Assembly (NCBI GenBank): GCA_048128005.1
Contig: JBEUKZ010000018.1
Location: 186,001-250,000 of the forward strand
DNA length: 64,000 nucleotides
Source of the DNA: Veleropilina oligotropha
Taxonomy: Eukaryota
Direction: 5' to 3'
A model generated the notes under the pieces. That model was not told the origin of the DNA, did no database searches, and saw only the letters and a list, made by a program, of their open reading frames with translations. Positions within the stretch are counted from its first letter, which is position 1, and each line of letters starts with the position of its first letter. The position numbers and the translations under genes are program-made. This document shows positions 24,378 to 37,324 of this stretch, in pieces.

Positions 24378-25288
24378 ACAAGTTTATCGAGTTTTTATCG
24401 TCGCTCTTTGAACGCGGTATGTCAGTGTCCGCCGTCAAAGGCTATCGGGCAACGGTCGCGACCACGTTAAAACAGTGCCGTGCCCATGTTAGTCTATCTA
24501 GCGATCGAACGATTTCGGATTTTCTACGATCCTACGAACTCGAGATGCCGACCCGAACCATACGGCCACCTGCCTGGAACATCGTTCTCATTCTTAACGC
24601 TCTACACTTACCGCCGTACGAGCCTATGTCCACGGCGTCTATGAGGGACTTAACGCACAAAACGGTTTTTCTGATCGCCTTAGCGTCGGGCAGGCGTTGT
24701 TCCGAGATTCATAGTTTATCCGCAGAGCTACGAGACGTTCGCTTCCAGTCACACGGGTCGGTGATGCTGCGTCCTATCTTGGGTTTTCTCGCCAAGAATC
24801 AACGGCCAAACGAAGACGCACCCGATATTATTATCCCCAAGCTTACGCTGGTCGGAAGGCACGATATAGACCGGTTAAACTGCCCCGTGCGGGCCCTGCG
24901 CTTCTAACTCGACAGGACCCGTGATATGCGGCAAGGAAAATTACGTTTATTCATTTCGTATTTACCTTCATATACCCGCGACATTACGAAGACGACTGTT
25001 TCGCGGTGGATTTCACAGGTAGTGAGAGATGTGTACTCTCGCTGTGAAGAAGTAGACCGCACTATTTTATCGGTCCGCGCGCACGAGGTCCGTGCAATTG
25101 CGGCTTCTATTGCATTCCGACATAGCTTAAATATCACAGCGTTGCTTCAAGCAGGTTACTGGAAGAATCCAAATGTCTTTGTTAAACATTACCTGCAGGA
25201 TTATTCAACAGGTGCTGATGGTTTGAGCAGTCTACAGTGTGTGGCTGCTCAACGATGTATTGTTAGACCGAGGTCGTCTAATCAGTGA
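22355..25288 (+). pseudogene. DIRS ORF3 tyrosine recombinase interrupted by one in-frame TAA at 24905-24907
   Basis: LASGRRCSEI, FLAKN, CPVRAL, then in the same frame after the stop AHEVRA, GYW, FVKHY; ORFs 22355-24907 and 24926-25288 are in frame. Confidence 0.9.
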
Positions 25289-26088
25289 GTATTCTTTCTT
25301 GATTAATCAATTAAATACTTCGTGCTGACGCAATGTTATTGTTGTGCCTAACTGTTCTATGAAATAGACACATTATGAGGCGATTCAATGTATGTTCATT
25401 TCTTAAAAACATTTTAAGATCTTGATATTTTCATGTCATACCTGAGTATTTTGACAAGCCAGTTCACATTGAATTTAATAAACAATTATATTGCAAAAAG
25501 TCTTATAAGATTTTGAGGTTCAATATTATTGATGTTCTATGCTGTATAGAACATACGATGTTCAAGACATTGAAATTTTTTTAATATTTGCTTCCTTAAA
25601 ATTTATTTTAAGTAACATGTTGTACATGTTAGCCTTTCGCAAGTTGGTCATGCGAATCACTTATTAATATCGATTATTTATAATAATCTATTAATTCTTT
25701 GCTTATGATTTGATATCTTCACTACCTGGCTATTAGGTTCCGTGTGCTTACAAATCCGACTGCTTCCTCTGGCTACCGGCCTATGGCCCGGAGTACCATT
25801 TGGCTGCCACTGGCCCATGACACGTAAGACCTACAAGGATAATCCTTCCGGCCGTGCCTGGGGCTGAGTGCACTTCCGCTTCACCTCGTCCGACTAACAC
25901 CACGGCGTATTCTCCCGGTAACACTGGTCGAAATTCTCGCTTGGTAAGAGTAGAATATAATACTCAGTAAATTCCACTCTGGACGGACACAATCGACGCT
26001 TCATGCTGATTGAGATGGTGAAAAGTAAGTCATAATCTTGTTTGGGTTTGTTGTAAGGAACTTCTTACCCACCTATCCAAGGTCATTC

Positions 26089-26179
26089 TGGCAAGAGTAA
26101 GGACGTAAGTATGTTTGTAACTACATATGAGGTTTTTAATTAAACCTAATATTAGTTAAAACATACTTACGTCCTTACT
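26089..26179. repeat. DIRS internal complementary region (ICR)
   Basis: 26089-26127 is the reverse complement of the element's left end and 26128-26179 of its right end. Confidence 0.93.
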
Positions 26180-26246
26180 GCGATTACCCACCCTGCGTTT
26201 CGCATTCCTCCCCTCTTACTAAGTTCCTTTGGGGTTCTGAACTTTG

Positions 26247-26478
26247 AATTGAGGTCTTGTGACTTTGATGGCTCGGATGTCTCGCGAGACTTGGCGAGAT
26301 CTCGCCGGGGGAACTTAGGAGAGGTGGAGCAGGGGAGGTAATCGTAGTGGTTTTGACTTAAAAGGAGTGCATAATGTGACTTTATTCACTGTTTCCGGTT
26401 GGCGATAATATGACTATTATGGCAAGAGTAAGGACGTAAGTATGTTTTAACTAATATTAGGTTTAATTAAAAACCTCA
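26247..26478 (-). repeat. DIRS right inverted terminal repeat plus right extension
   Basis: Reverse complement of the left ITR followed by a unique extension matched by the ICR. Confidence 0.95.
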
Positions 26479-28892
26479 TTTTTTTAATGCATATACTTTG
26501 GTGTTGGCCATATTGACACTACCTGCTATTCTGGAAGTGATATTTAATAAAATGTAAAATAAAATAAAATAAAATAAAATAAAATGTTTTTTGACAGAAA
26601 TTTAGTAAACATTTTCGGTTTGAGTTATTCAATTACAGCATATTGATTGATCAAGACATGTTCTTGCAAGCATATGCATAGGTGTATGCTTCGTAGTTGT
26701 TACCTGCTATTGTTACAGTTATATTGATTATAATTTAATTTTTCGGTGAAATTTTATTTCAAGAGTCTGGCTAATTGTTTTTCAGTGAGTGCATATGGGT
26801 TGACATTGTGATGCTACTTGCTGCTCTGGCAGTGATGTTGCATTCATTTTAACACAAAATTGTGTTAAATTTATGTATTTGGACATATAAATTTTGATTA
26901 ATATAACATAAATAATGTGTTACATTTGCAAGTTTGGACAAAGTTATTCAATTGGTGCATGTGTGCTGCTCAAGATATATTTTATACATGTATATGCTGG
27001 TTGATAGATCTACTGGATTAATGACCAATTTCGATCAAACATCTCCATACCATCAAAACATTGTACTAAATCTATTTCTTGTATATATTGACAAAATGCT
27101 TTACCGGGGGGATACCGCTATATCGATAGCACTTGTATATTTATGAAATTGCGCTTTTGATTATATATATATATATGTATATGCATTGTAATTGGGTGCT
27201 TGTTTAAGTGCTGCTAACAGGCGCACAATATTACCTGCATTTCTGGCAATTGTTAAAAAGTCAAGTTTTCATAGGTCAAATCCAAACAATTTACCCCGTC
27301 TGTTAAAAAATGGCACTTCGAATTGTCATCATGTCATATCAGACGTGTCACATTTTATTTCATGATGTTGGACGTCCTACATCAAAGCCGCAATGCTTCA
27401 GGCATACTTCTCCCGGCCGGTTGTGTATTAATTGTCTGTATTGACATATGAAATTCTTTCTTCACAGTAGAGTATTTGTTTTTGTGCGGCCATTGTTGGG
27501 CCAACTTGTGCACAGTTGTATTTGTGTCAATGATATGCTAACACAGGCATGGGCGATTTAACAATGACACTGATATAACCGGTCAATGCGATGTTTGTTT
27601 CTCTAATAAGACACTGCAAATAAAATCCGCAATAATGACAAATTAAAAACAATCTGAATCAGCATCACGGTATGCGAGATATGACATCGTGCTGTGTCGT
27701 TTCAAGTTTCAATCCGGTTAAGTTGAATTCTATTCATGCACGATACAAGGAATTCGTACATTTGTTGTGAAGACCATGGTCATAATGGGAAACGTTAAAT
27801 TAACTTGTTGAGTCGCAATCCATTCTCAGCTGCTCCACCAGTTACATTAACTCTAACATATAATGGGTGTAAAAACTACCACAATGTTTTGTTGTGTAAT
27901 CAGTGAAATCCGCAGTTCAACTACGAGGCGCACAGCTGACTTTTCCTATTAGACGACTTAGATCCATGCAGTGTTATATTGTCCGTTAAATCACGGATAG
28001 AACTTGGAATATCCATTGAAATGAACCAACCACGATCATCTATGGATTACCATGGCATGATATTATCCAAAAGTGAACCCACAATATCAAAACAATTGCA
28101 GTCAGGGTGAGTTATATGCTTTCATCACACGTGCTGGTCGCTACAAAAGTTTCTGGATAATTGTTCATCACTTTTGAAATCGTAAGGTGTCATGGGATGA
28201 TAGAAGTTGCAAAATACTGCTGATTGAAAGTAACCAAGACGCCCCATAATGAAGCAGAAGTGCAATTCAGGCAGGATTAATGATAGGTTGCCATAGTAAC
28301 CAGAGTTGTTATTCCCATGCCGATGGGCAGCCATATTGGGCAGACCAATTAGATTCGAAGCAATTAAGTCACATGCATTTCCCAGTCATTGAGGTTATAG
28401 TTGTTAATTCTTGGATAATTACACTTCAAGATACGGTAACCCTAACCCTAACATTTTAAACTTATTTGATATCCAGCTTTATTTCATGAGATGCATCAAT
28501 TGACTGTTGACATGAAAATAATGTAATTACTCATCGGCTGTTATTACATATATGACTCACTCAAGGCTCCAACTCATTTCAATGTCTGAAAAGACCTCAG
28601 GATTCGATCGACACAATTCCCAAAGGACAGCAAAAAGAAATGGGTGTTCAAAGTACTCGAACATCCAACACAAATTTCACTGAATTCCAGGCGTGTAATG
28701 TCTAACAGTCTGATTCAGTACCTGTGGCGTCGTATCTCTGGTTTTATCTATCACGGTTGTCCCCTCTATGATATAGTATGTCAGTTAAGCATCATGCATC
28801 ATAAGGACATCCCATACAGGTATTTTGGCTGCACCGATAGCCGAGTGGATACACTCAGTTGACCCCTCTGGATAATAATAGTGGGTTTTGAA

Positions 28893-29630
28893 TGGGCGGC
28901 CATATTGGATTCTGGGCAGCCATATTGGATTCTGGGCAGCCATATTGGATTCTGGGCGGCCATATTGGATTCTGGGCAGCCATATTGGATTCTGGGCGGC
29001 CATATTGGATTCTGGGCGGCCATATTGGATTCTGGGCGGCCATATTGGATTCTGGGCGGCCATATTGGATTCTGGGCGGCCATATTGGATTCTGGGCGGC
29101 CATATTGGATTCTGGGCGGCCATATTGGATTCTGGGCGGCCATATTGGATTCTGGGCGGCCATATTGGATTCTGGGCGGCCATATTGGATTCTGGGCGGC
29201 CATATTGGATTCTGGGCGGCCATATTGGATTCTGGGTGGCCATATTGGATTCTGGGCGGCCATATTGGATTCTGGGCGGCCATATTGGATTCTGGGCGGC
29301 CATATTGGATTCTGGGCGGCCATATTGGATTCTGGGCGGCCATATTGGATTATGGGTGGCCATATTGGATTCTGGGCGGCCATATTGGATTCTGGGCGGC
29401 CATATTGGATTCTGGGCGGCCATATTGGATTCTGGGCGGCCATATTGGATTCTGGGTGGCCATATTGGATTCTGGGCGGCCATATTGGATTCTGGGCGGC
29501 CATATTGGATTCTGGGCGGCCATATTGGATTCTGGGTGGCCATATTGGATTCTGGGCGGCCATATTGGATTCTGGGCGGCCATATTGGATTCTGGGCGGC
29601 CATATTGGATTCTGGGCGGCCATATTGGAT
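28893..29630. repeat. 20-bp minisatellite GGGCGGCCATATTGGATTCT (~37 copies)
   Basis: Directly visible near-perfect array. Confidence 0.97.
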
Positions 29631-30002
29631 GCTCTGTTGAACATTCTTTGTTCATTTATCAGTCACAGTTGTCCTGATAAGAAACAAAAGGTTGTTAAAA
29701 CAGGACATTAACCATTTACCCAAACCCATACAATTTTGAACAGCTGAGTTGTGGTTTAAATCTATCTTATTATCAAGCTGGAAGTAAATTAACGTATTTG
29801 GGAGGTTGTGTAAGCATTATGACAATTGTAGAAGTTTAAAATATGGTCCTCGGTAGCTACATATCCATTTCATTTCAGTTTTTATCCCCCGCCCGAAGGT
29901 AGCGGGGGATATTGTTGTTGCCATGTCCGTCCGTAAACAATTTGCTTAAGTTTCGAATTTAGTTTATTTTGGCTGGCCCATGATACTTTTTGGCATATAC
30001 CG

Positions 30003-32947
30003 TATTAGTAGCAATATACTCGACGTCATTACCAATGCCATAATAGCCATATTATCGCTAAACCGGAAACTGAAAAGCGTTTCACTTTCTTAATATTTGT
30101 ATACGCTTACCTCCCCTGCTCACCCTCCACAACGTTCCTCCCACGAGACCTGCCCAAGTCTCGCGAGATCTCAGACCAAGGCCGAGCATGCCAATTTTAA
30201 GTTTTCCGACAAACCGTACAGACGTGCTTGTCATCTGTCCGTCAGACGACTTATTTAAACACATATAGTGGACGATAAAGTCTACCTTTTCGCACTATAC
30301 AGTGCAGGGTTATATATATATATAATCGGTGTTTAGCCACACTGTGTTTTGGAAGTACTACGGGACCATTATTATCAAAAGAAGTTGTGATAAAATTGTG
30401 GACCACAAGACTTCACTCCGTTAACGCCGCCATATTGGATATTAAGTGAAAGATCTAAAGAGGCTGCTAACAGGAGGGAAAAGCAGGAGAGCTTCGTGTT
30501 TTACACGAACCTTTCAGAGGAAGAAGTCTTTTGTCTAATATTATTTGCTTTGCTTTGTAATTCATATATATTTTAGATTATTCCTTAGCGATGCATCTTG
30601 CTTAAATTCTTAGTAACTTTGTTCAATCGAATTTAGCGTCGCTATCAAGGCAGGTATTAATGTGCATTGGTCTATCTGCCAAATCTGGGATATTTCGCCA
30701 CAGTTCTAACCTATTGAAATCAACATCCACGAGGTTTTCAGGTGTTTTTTACGGCGGCTGTATCTATATATAGCCTCCTGCATTCAATTTGTAAGTAGTT
30801 TCCGACTAGCCGTTTTAATAAAGCTTATACGTCGGACTTGGTGTCAATTCTAGTCGGGATACTTGTTCTGTAACTAGGGTTGCCAAAGCAACCCGGAGTG
30901 TAATTAATAACAAATCAAAGGTTGATATCCGGTCTTATCCTTATACTTCGGATTAGAGACCCCTATAAAATTTAAGGTGTAGTAGTTTATATCACGTGAA
31001 GCATACTACCCGGATATCCCTTAAATTCCCTGTTTCCTACTACCTATCCTACCCGTGTGATCAGGGCGTGATCCGTGATCAGCCATGGTCTGCTACAGCA
31101 ACCCTGAGTGTAATCAAAAGGTACACAGCTTCGACATCGGTATGTCGCATACACCGTAGCTGTAGCGCAAAATACCCTTGGAATTGTTATTTTTCATTAA
31201 CGGATAGGCAGTGGGCACTCATCTACCCACCCGCGAAGACTACCAGGGAGTTCGACTCGGTTGGGCATTCCCCGGAGGAACAGACGACGGGTATGTTTGG
31301 ATCTAATTCTAATTCGTGTTTCGGGGACGCGAAGTGACACGCGAACTAGGGCATCGCATATCGCAGGACCCGCCGCCGACACCCCCCACGGCTTTGGGGA
31401 AAGCCGTCGGAACCTCGCTGGCGTCCGGCATTCAGGAGGCAAGAGTAGCCTGTGCTGTCTGACTCTCCTCGAACCATGGGCCAAGTAGCTGCGTCCAGCA
31501 GTATCTTGTCGGCTAACAAGATACATCGGACCTTATAGCGAATGGCTGAACAGGGCAGGCGGTCCCCTTCCTCTCTTCCGGCCTCGGAAGAGCAGGGGAC
31601 AGCTAGTCCTTCTGCAAGAAGCTCTATGTCAAGCGGCATACAGCAGACGGCAGAGAAATCTGGTATAGTTGCCGGACACTACCAAGGTGGTTTAAGATCC
31701 GGACCCCCTGCGAAGCCCGACTCACGGACCGATGGTGCGACCGACCCTCTCCAGGGTTCTCCTTACACCTCGGAGCTCACAGTCTTGTCGAAGGACCCAT
31801 CAACTCCCCTGTCCCCCTTGGGTTCAGACTAGTTGGCGCAGACGGACCGGCTGCGTTCGGGATGGGCACGCACGCGGGAGTTTCCCCCGTCTACCCACCG
31901 AACATAGCGACGACCTTCACGGGACTGTGGCTGCAGTCTTTCGGAGGCCGAGCTCTGGTTAACCCGCCTCTTGGCCAGTTCTCTGGTAGCAACCTCTCGA
32001 CAGGCGATGCGAGACCCTGGTTCTCGTATCAACCTGGCCTAGCAGCCCGTCTACCATGTGCCACGGTAACCTCGAGCGATCCACTGGCTGTTGGATTGAC
32101 GCCCGTCATGCCTGCTGGTCTCTCACTGGAGAGCGTCCAGGCAATGATTGCGGCGGAATTTGAGGCCCGCAGTAGGGCCTGGCGCCCCAGCCGCCCAAGA
32201 TCCCTGCTCCTCTACCCGTGGCGCAGAGCATGGCTCCTGCCTCGGTGATGGAGGTCGACCCTCGTTCCGACGAGGACATCCCCTCCGATCGTTCCGATCG
32301 CCTTGAATCGGTCTGTCCCGATGACTCTCGTAGTCAATCAGGCATGCAGGAGCCTATCTCCACCACCCGCCGAGGATACGACGCGGTAGCGTCGCTTCGC
32401 GGGATGTTCAGGGTTGCCACTGGTCAGGGAAATTCAAGGTCGGGGAAAAGTCAGGGAATTTTGGAATTGGTCAGGGAAATTTGGAATTCTGTGAAAAGTC
32501 AGGGAAATTCAGGAATGGTCAGGGAAAATTGGCATTTTCCTTTCTTATGCACAAAATATAAATTTGACTCGTGCTATTTGAGTGACGGTGGTTCATAAAA
32601 AGTTAGAATGAAATATCGCTTTTGCCCTGTCAGAGTGCAGGAGAGGGGGTTTCAGGCTGTTGATTCTCAAAATTTTCTTTCGCGTGGGGCCCCGCCCCCA
32701 CGCAAACAGTTGATAGTAAATTCAGCGCCCCCTTAAGCAAAATTTCTGGATCCGCGCCTGCACGCAGGTCAGGGAAAACTGAAGCTGAGTCAGGGAAAAG
32801 TCAGGGAATTTTGAAATCTTATAAGAGTGGCAACCCTAGATCTACCCGGCCCGGCCGGTAGGTACAGTCAAACACAGGATGGCAGCACACCGTTTTGCCG
32901 AGTCTGAAGCTCCCCTGCTTCCTGTACTCCCCCAGTCTGGCTTGGTC
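30003..32947 (+). pseudogene. Decayed, 3'-truncated DIRS element related to 19103-26478 (left ITR plus broken gag)
   Basis: ITR-like start (GCCATAATAG.CATATTATCGC..AACCGGAAAC, TTACCTCCCCTGCTC, AAGTCTCGCGAGA); gag-homologous peptides LTDRQWALIYPP, EQGRRSPS, ARLPCATVTS, IAAEFEAR, APASVMEVDPRS, DAVASLRG with frameshifts. Confidence 0.9.
32409..32838. mobile_element. Non-autonomous TIR transposon (hAT-like) nested in the decayed gag
   Basis: TIR CAGGGTTGCCACT / AGTGGCAACCCTA, subterminal GTCAGGGAA repeats, degenerate 6-bp flanks GATGTT/GATCTA; gag homology resumes after it. Confidence 0.8.
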
Positions 32948-32949
32948 AC

Positions 32950-33873
32950 TGGATGTGGTCCTTGAATCAGACCACCCCGGCCATCCAAAATCCCCTTCCG
33001 CTCCATATCTCCCATACTAATTGACTGACGGACACGAAACTTGATGTGTGCATGCTTCATTACCCAAAAGTGTGCCGATTACCGAAAGTTGGTCACCACG
33101 ACCTACTTTTCATGCTTGACTGCACTGAATCCAAAATTCCCGTCCTCTCCTTATCTCCCATACTATTTGACCAAGGGACATGAAACTTAATGTGTGTATG
33201 CGTCACAACCCAAAGGTGTGTCGTATACTGAAAGTAGGTCACTGTGACCTACTTTTCGGACTTGACCGCATTTGGTCCAAAATTCCCTTCGGCTCCATAT
33301 CTTCCATACTAATTGACCAAGGGACACGAAACTTGATGTGTTTATGCATCATAACTCAGTGTATCGCATACCGAAAGTAGGTCACTGCGACCTACTTTCC
33401 ACACTTGACCGCATTATATGCCGTCGTGGCTCAGTGGGTTGTTCACAGGTCTCTGGTCACAGAGTCTCGAGTTCGCCCCCAAAGCTCGGCGATTTCACTT
33501 GGGCAAGGAAATAAGCATATATTTGCCTCGGTCCACCCAGCCGATCTAAATGGGTACCTGGTTGGCAGTTATGTAAGTCACGGCGCTACCCGCGTGTAAA
33601 TGACTGTAATGCTCCCAGAGGGAGTTGAGATGGTACATCGAGTGTAACAGGCCCATAACTAGGGGTAATAATGTTCAGCGCATTGAGACACTAGCGTAAT
33701 AAAGCGCTATATAAGACCGGAGTATTATTATTATTATTCAGTCTAAAATGCCCTTCCGCGCCATATCTCCCATACTATTTGACTGAGGGACATGAAACTG
33801 TGTATGCAACAGCCTGTTCCTGAGTCGGACGCTTTTGTGGGGGCATATGATCACTCCTGTGATAGCTCTAGTT
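32950..33873 (+). mobile_element. 3' part of a HINE with ~120-bp internal tandem repeats (same family as 34876-35780)
   Basis: Unit CCCTTCCGCTCCATATCTCCCATACTA..GACACGAAACTTGATGTG..AGTAGGTCAC; GGGGCATA plus hairpin and CTAGTT end. Confidence 0.7.
33420..33738 (+). mobile_element. tRNA-derived SINE with conserved central domain and L2-like tail
   Basis: A box TGGCTCAGTGG, B-box-like GAGTTCG, central GTCCACCCAGC..AAATGGGTACC, tail AAAGCGCTATATAA and (TAT)n. Confidence 0.85.
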
Positions 33874-34875
33874 TTGTATAAATATTGAAGAAACTTGATG
33901 TGTTTGGGCATAGAAATTTTGGTTAAAGTTTATATCAGAGTGATTGCGGAAGGCGGGAGATGAATCCGTTTTCTAACGGGCTCTTGTTATAATTACAAAT
34001 ACTGTTTGGTTGTAGTTTCCCACAGCTTGTCATCCACCTGATCCTGCATCGTAATCTCGCATCCTAACTTGTATATATTCCTTCCCGCCCCAAGGTTTAA
34101 TTGTGTGCATAAGTTATCATACATGGCAAAGATGGTCAACAAAAACATCTCCTAGAGTACAAACTATTTAACCTGTGGCTCCCCCTGTCAGTGTAGGTGA
34201 CAAGTTGATACTGTAACCATGGCAATCTCCCGTTATATGGGTGCACATTGACCAGATTCGTAAGGGTGAGGTTCAACAATGCCACTCTGGCAACAATGGG
34301 TGTAGGTTTCGACTAGTGTGTCATCAACATGAAATTAATAGCTGGGTGTGCTAGACTGTGTGATCAGTCGAAATTAAAATTGTCAAAAGCTATTATTTTA
34401 TTGACAATCAAATGTTACAATTTGAGAGTCCTGCAAGGTCCTGAAACAACGATGCTGTCTGAGAAAGTTAACCAGGTTAACCTTGGATCTGACAATATAA
34501 AAGCAAATTGTTATAATTATATACGTGACAATTGATTGACTTCATGGTCTAATCCTTTTCAGCTAGGTGTAGGAAAAAGATTTTTGTTCAGTTGATATAA
34601 AAGATCAAAATTCTTCAAGCTTACTCTCCAGGTGCAATTTATGAGAGTGTAACAGTTAGTATGCGTATAAATATACATAGAGAATAGATGACAACAATGT
34701 AGGAACTGCACCTAGAAATAACAAGAAAGAACCACTGAAGTGCATCCAAGGGCGCACCTAATTCCATTGTTGCATGGCTGCCGCAAGCACACAAGGATAT
34801 ATTTCTCGTGCATGATGTATAGGTGTGATTGTGCTAACGTGATCGTATGGATATTAAAAACAGAAAATCATTGAT

Positions 34876-35780
34876 TATGCCCCCACAAACGAAGTATAGG
34901 AGTCTGCTTGTCTGTCTGTTGCAAATTCTCTTCCGCCCCATATCTCGGAGATTATTTGACCGAGGGACACGAAACTTGATGTGTGCATGCGTCATAACCC
35001 AAAGGTGTGTCGCGTACTGAAAGTAGGTCACCACGACCTTTTCATGCTTGACTGCACTTAATCCAAAATTCCCTTCCGCTCCATATCTCCCATACTATTT
35101 GACTGAGGGACACGAAACTTGATGTGTGCATGCATCATAACCCAAAGGTGTGTCGCGTACCAAAAGTAGGTCACTGCGGCCTACTTTTCGGACTAGACAG
35201 CATTTGGTCCAAAATTCCCTTCCGCTCCATATCTCCCATACTATTTGACTGAGGGACACAAAACTTGATGTGTGCATGCGTCATAACCCAAAGGTGTGTC
35301 GCGTACCAAAAGTAGGTCACTGCGGCCTACTTTTCGAACTAGACCGCATTTGGTCCAAAATTCCCTTCCATATCTCCCATACTATTTGACTGAGGGACAC
35401 GAAACTTGATGTGTTTATGCGTCATAACCCAAAGGTGTGTCGCGTACCAATAGTAGGTCACTGCGGCCTTTTCCCGCTTGCCCACATTTGGTCCAAAATC
35501 CCCTTCCGCTCGATATCTCCAATAATATTTGACCGAGGGACATGAAACTTCTTATGTGTATGCGTCATAACTGAAAGGTATGTCACCTACCGAAAGTAGG
35601 TCACCACGACCTACTTTCCACACGACTGCATTCAGTCTAAAATTCCCTTCCGCTCCATATCTCCCATACAATTTGAATGAGGGACATGAAACTTCATGTG
35701 TGCATGTATGCAACAGCCTGTTCCTGGGTCAAACGCTTTGGTGGGAGCATATGATCACTGAACTCTATCACTGCCAACTA
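34876..35780 (+). mobile_element. HINE with ~120-bp internal tandem repeats
   Basis: TTATGCCCCCACAA start, (GTCT)n, about six repeat units, TGGGAGCATATGATCAC subterminal. Confidence 0.7.
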
Positions 35781-36288
35781 CTTGAGAATCCTGACATTCC
35801 ATTGGTTACATCACTGCATTCTCCGCTGTTTGATTGGCTGACTGGCCCAGATTCAATCAGCTATGTAAATGCCAGTTACGATTCCATCAGGGAAGAATCC
35901 AGAGGTGTATTTATTTGACAGTTTACTTCGAAGCAGACAGTTGTTTGTTGGAGCCAACCTTTTCTTGAAACCGGCTTGATCAGCCTGCTTGTGTATTGAG
36001 GTGTTATTTCTGACATATCATGGAACATTTCCATGGAAACGGGAGTATATTGATGAAGCTGTTCCGATGATTGTAACACAACTTACAGAACAAAGCGGTA
36101 TATTGCCCCTTAAAACGTTCATAGATATATCTTCACTATGGTTCACTTAGCAGATGCCCACAACAAACCTGTAACATGCGCCCACGCAATTGTGTTTACT
36201 CAGGATATACTCGACTGCAGGTGCATGCTTATATCAACCATACAATTATCTTACAACCGAAGGTGGAGGAAGTTTCATGCAGTCACAT

Positions 36289-36451
36289 CCCTGGACCCCC
36301 TCGCTGATCCATGGACCCCCTCGCTGATCCATGGCCCCCCTCGCTGATCCATGGCCCCCCCTCGCTGATCCATGGACCCCCTCGCTGATCCATGGACCCC
36401 CTCGCTGATCCATGGACCCCCTCGCTGATTCCTGGACCCCCTCGCTGATCC
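36289..36451. repeat. ~20-bp minisatellite CCATGGACCCCCTCGCTGAT (~8 copies)
   Basis: Directly visible. Confidence 0.93.
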
Positions 36452-37042
36452 ACAAATGTTCAATTCTGTTTATTCATATTCTAGTAACAAAGAGTCAACA
36501 AATTTCCATGTATTAACCATTACCATCCAGAAATTTGTGTTCTTGAATGACACTATATCCATTGCATTCAACATCTGTGTGAATCAGGACTTGAGCTTGT
36601 ATTATGTATAACCTTACACACTTATCTCCAACTATTTTTCCACCAATATCTTTCATGCCCTGGTTCCTCATGTGTTGGGGCCTCTGCTCTATCAGCAGTT
36701 AGTGACCAGTTATGTCTGCTCTGGACAGCTTGGTTGTCCAGGGCAGATCAACATGACCCCTGCTAATTGCCCAGCCTGGTACAGTTGGTTGATGTGAAAT
36801 CAATCCAAGAAATCAACATGATCAGTCATGTGATCAGACTAGCTGGATGTAATCCATTTCACAAAGGTTATAGGCTGTTACATCCAGTGTTTATACTCCA
36901 TCTGTTGATAGTTTCAGGAATAATTAAATCTTTTTCTGCTGATTGCAATTCTGAGCTTGTTTGAATTTCATGCATTTCACAAGGTCTCATTTTCAATACA
37001 AAATTTCATAATGCGCTAGCACGTATTAAAAAGTGCCTTGAA

Positions 37043-37324
37043 CAGGGTTCATACACGTCCTGTAATGTCCTTGAAAAGCCTGGAATTTACTGATAATGTC
37101 CTGGAATGTCCTGGAAAATTGACTTATCTTACTTTTTTGTGTCAAAACCGACATGTATTTAGTTTTTGTAATACTTGATATAAAATATTATGACAAGATA
37201 ATGTATTTAAATGGGATCAACGATTGTCCTAGACTCACAAATATCCTGGAATAACCGTGAATTTCAACAAATATTGTCCTGGAAAGTCCTTGAATTTTGT
37301 CAAAGCCCAAGTGTATGAACCCTG
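37043..37324. mobile_element. MITE with 14-bp TIRs and 6-bp TSD (hAT-like)
   Basis: CAGGGTTCATACAC / GTGTATGAACCCTG; CTTGAA on both sides; subterminal TGTCCTGGAA repeats. Confidence 0.88.

Larger units (their letters stand above)
19103..26478 (+). mobile_element. DIRS1-type tyrosine-recombinase retrotransposon, full length
   Basis: Inverted terminal repeats, internal complementary region, overlapping gag, RT-RNaseH-MT and YR ORFs. Confidence 0.97.
18646..27136. mobile_element. HINE-like element with ~190-bp inverted arms (18676-18865 vs 26931-27134), interrupted by the DIRS insertion
   Basis: Arms are near reverse complements; TTTTTATCCCCC start and GGGGGGATA..hairpin..CTTGT end; related degenerate repeats on both sides of the DIRS. 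Confidence 0.65.
29879..33988 (+). mobile_element. HINE-like element split by nested insertions
   Basis: 5' TTTTTATCCCCCGC..GCGGGGGATA plus GTCCGTCCGT; 3' GCGGGAGAT, CCGTT..AACGG hairpin and CTTGTT. Confidence 0.5.

Noticed and set aside
28437..28452. TAACCC telomere-like motif
   Set aside because: Fewer than three units; not a telomeric array
28785..29711. Long ORFs in all six frames
   Set aside because: Produced by the 20-bp tandem repeat
33420..33490. Possible tRNA gene (also 2110-2203)
   Set aside because: A/B boxes continue into SINE bodies with tails; no convincing cloverleaf
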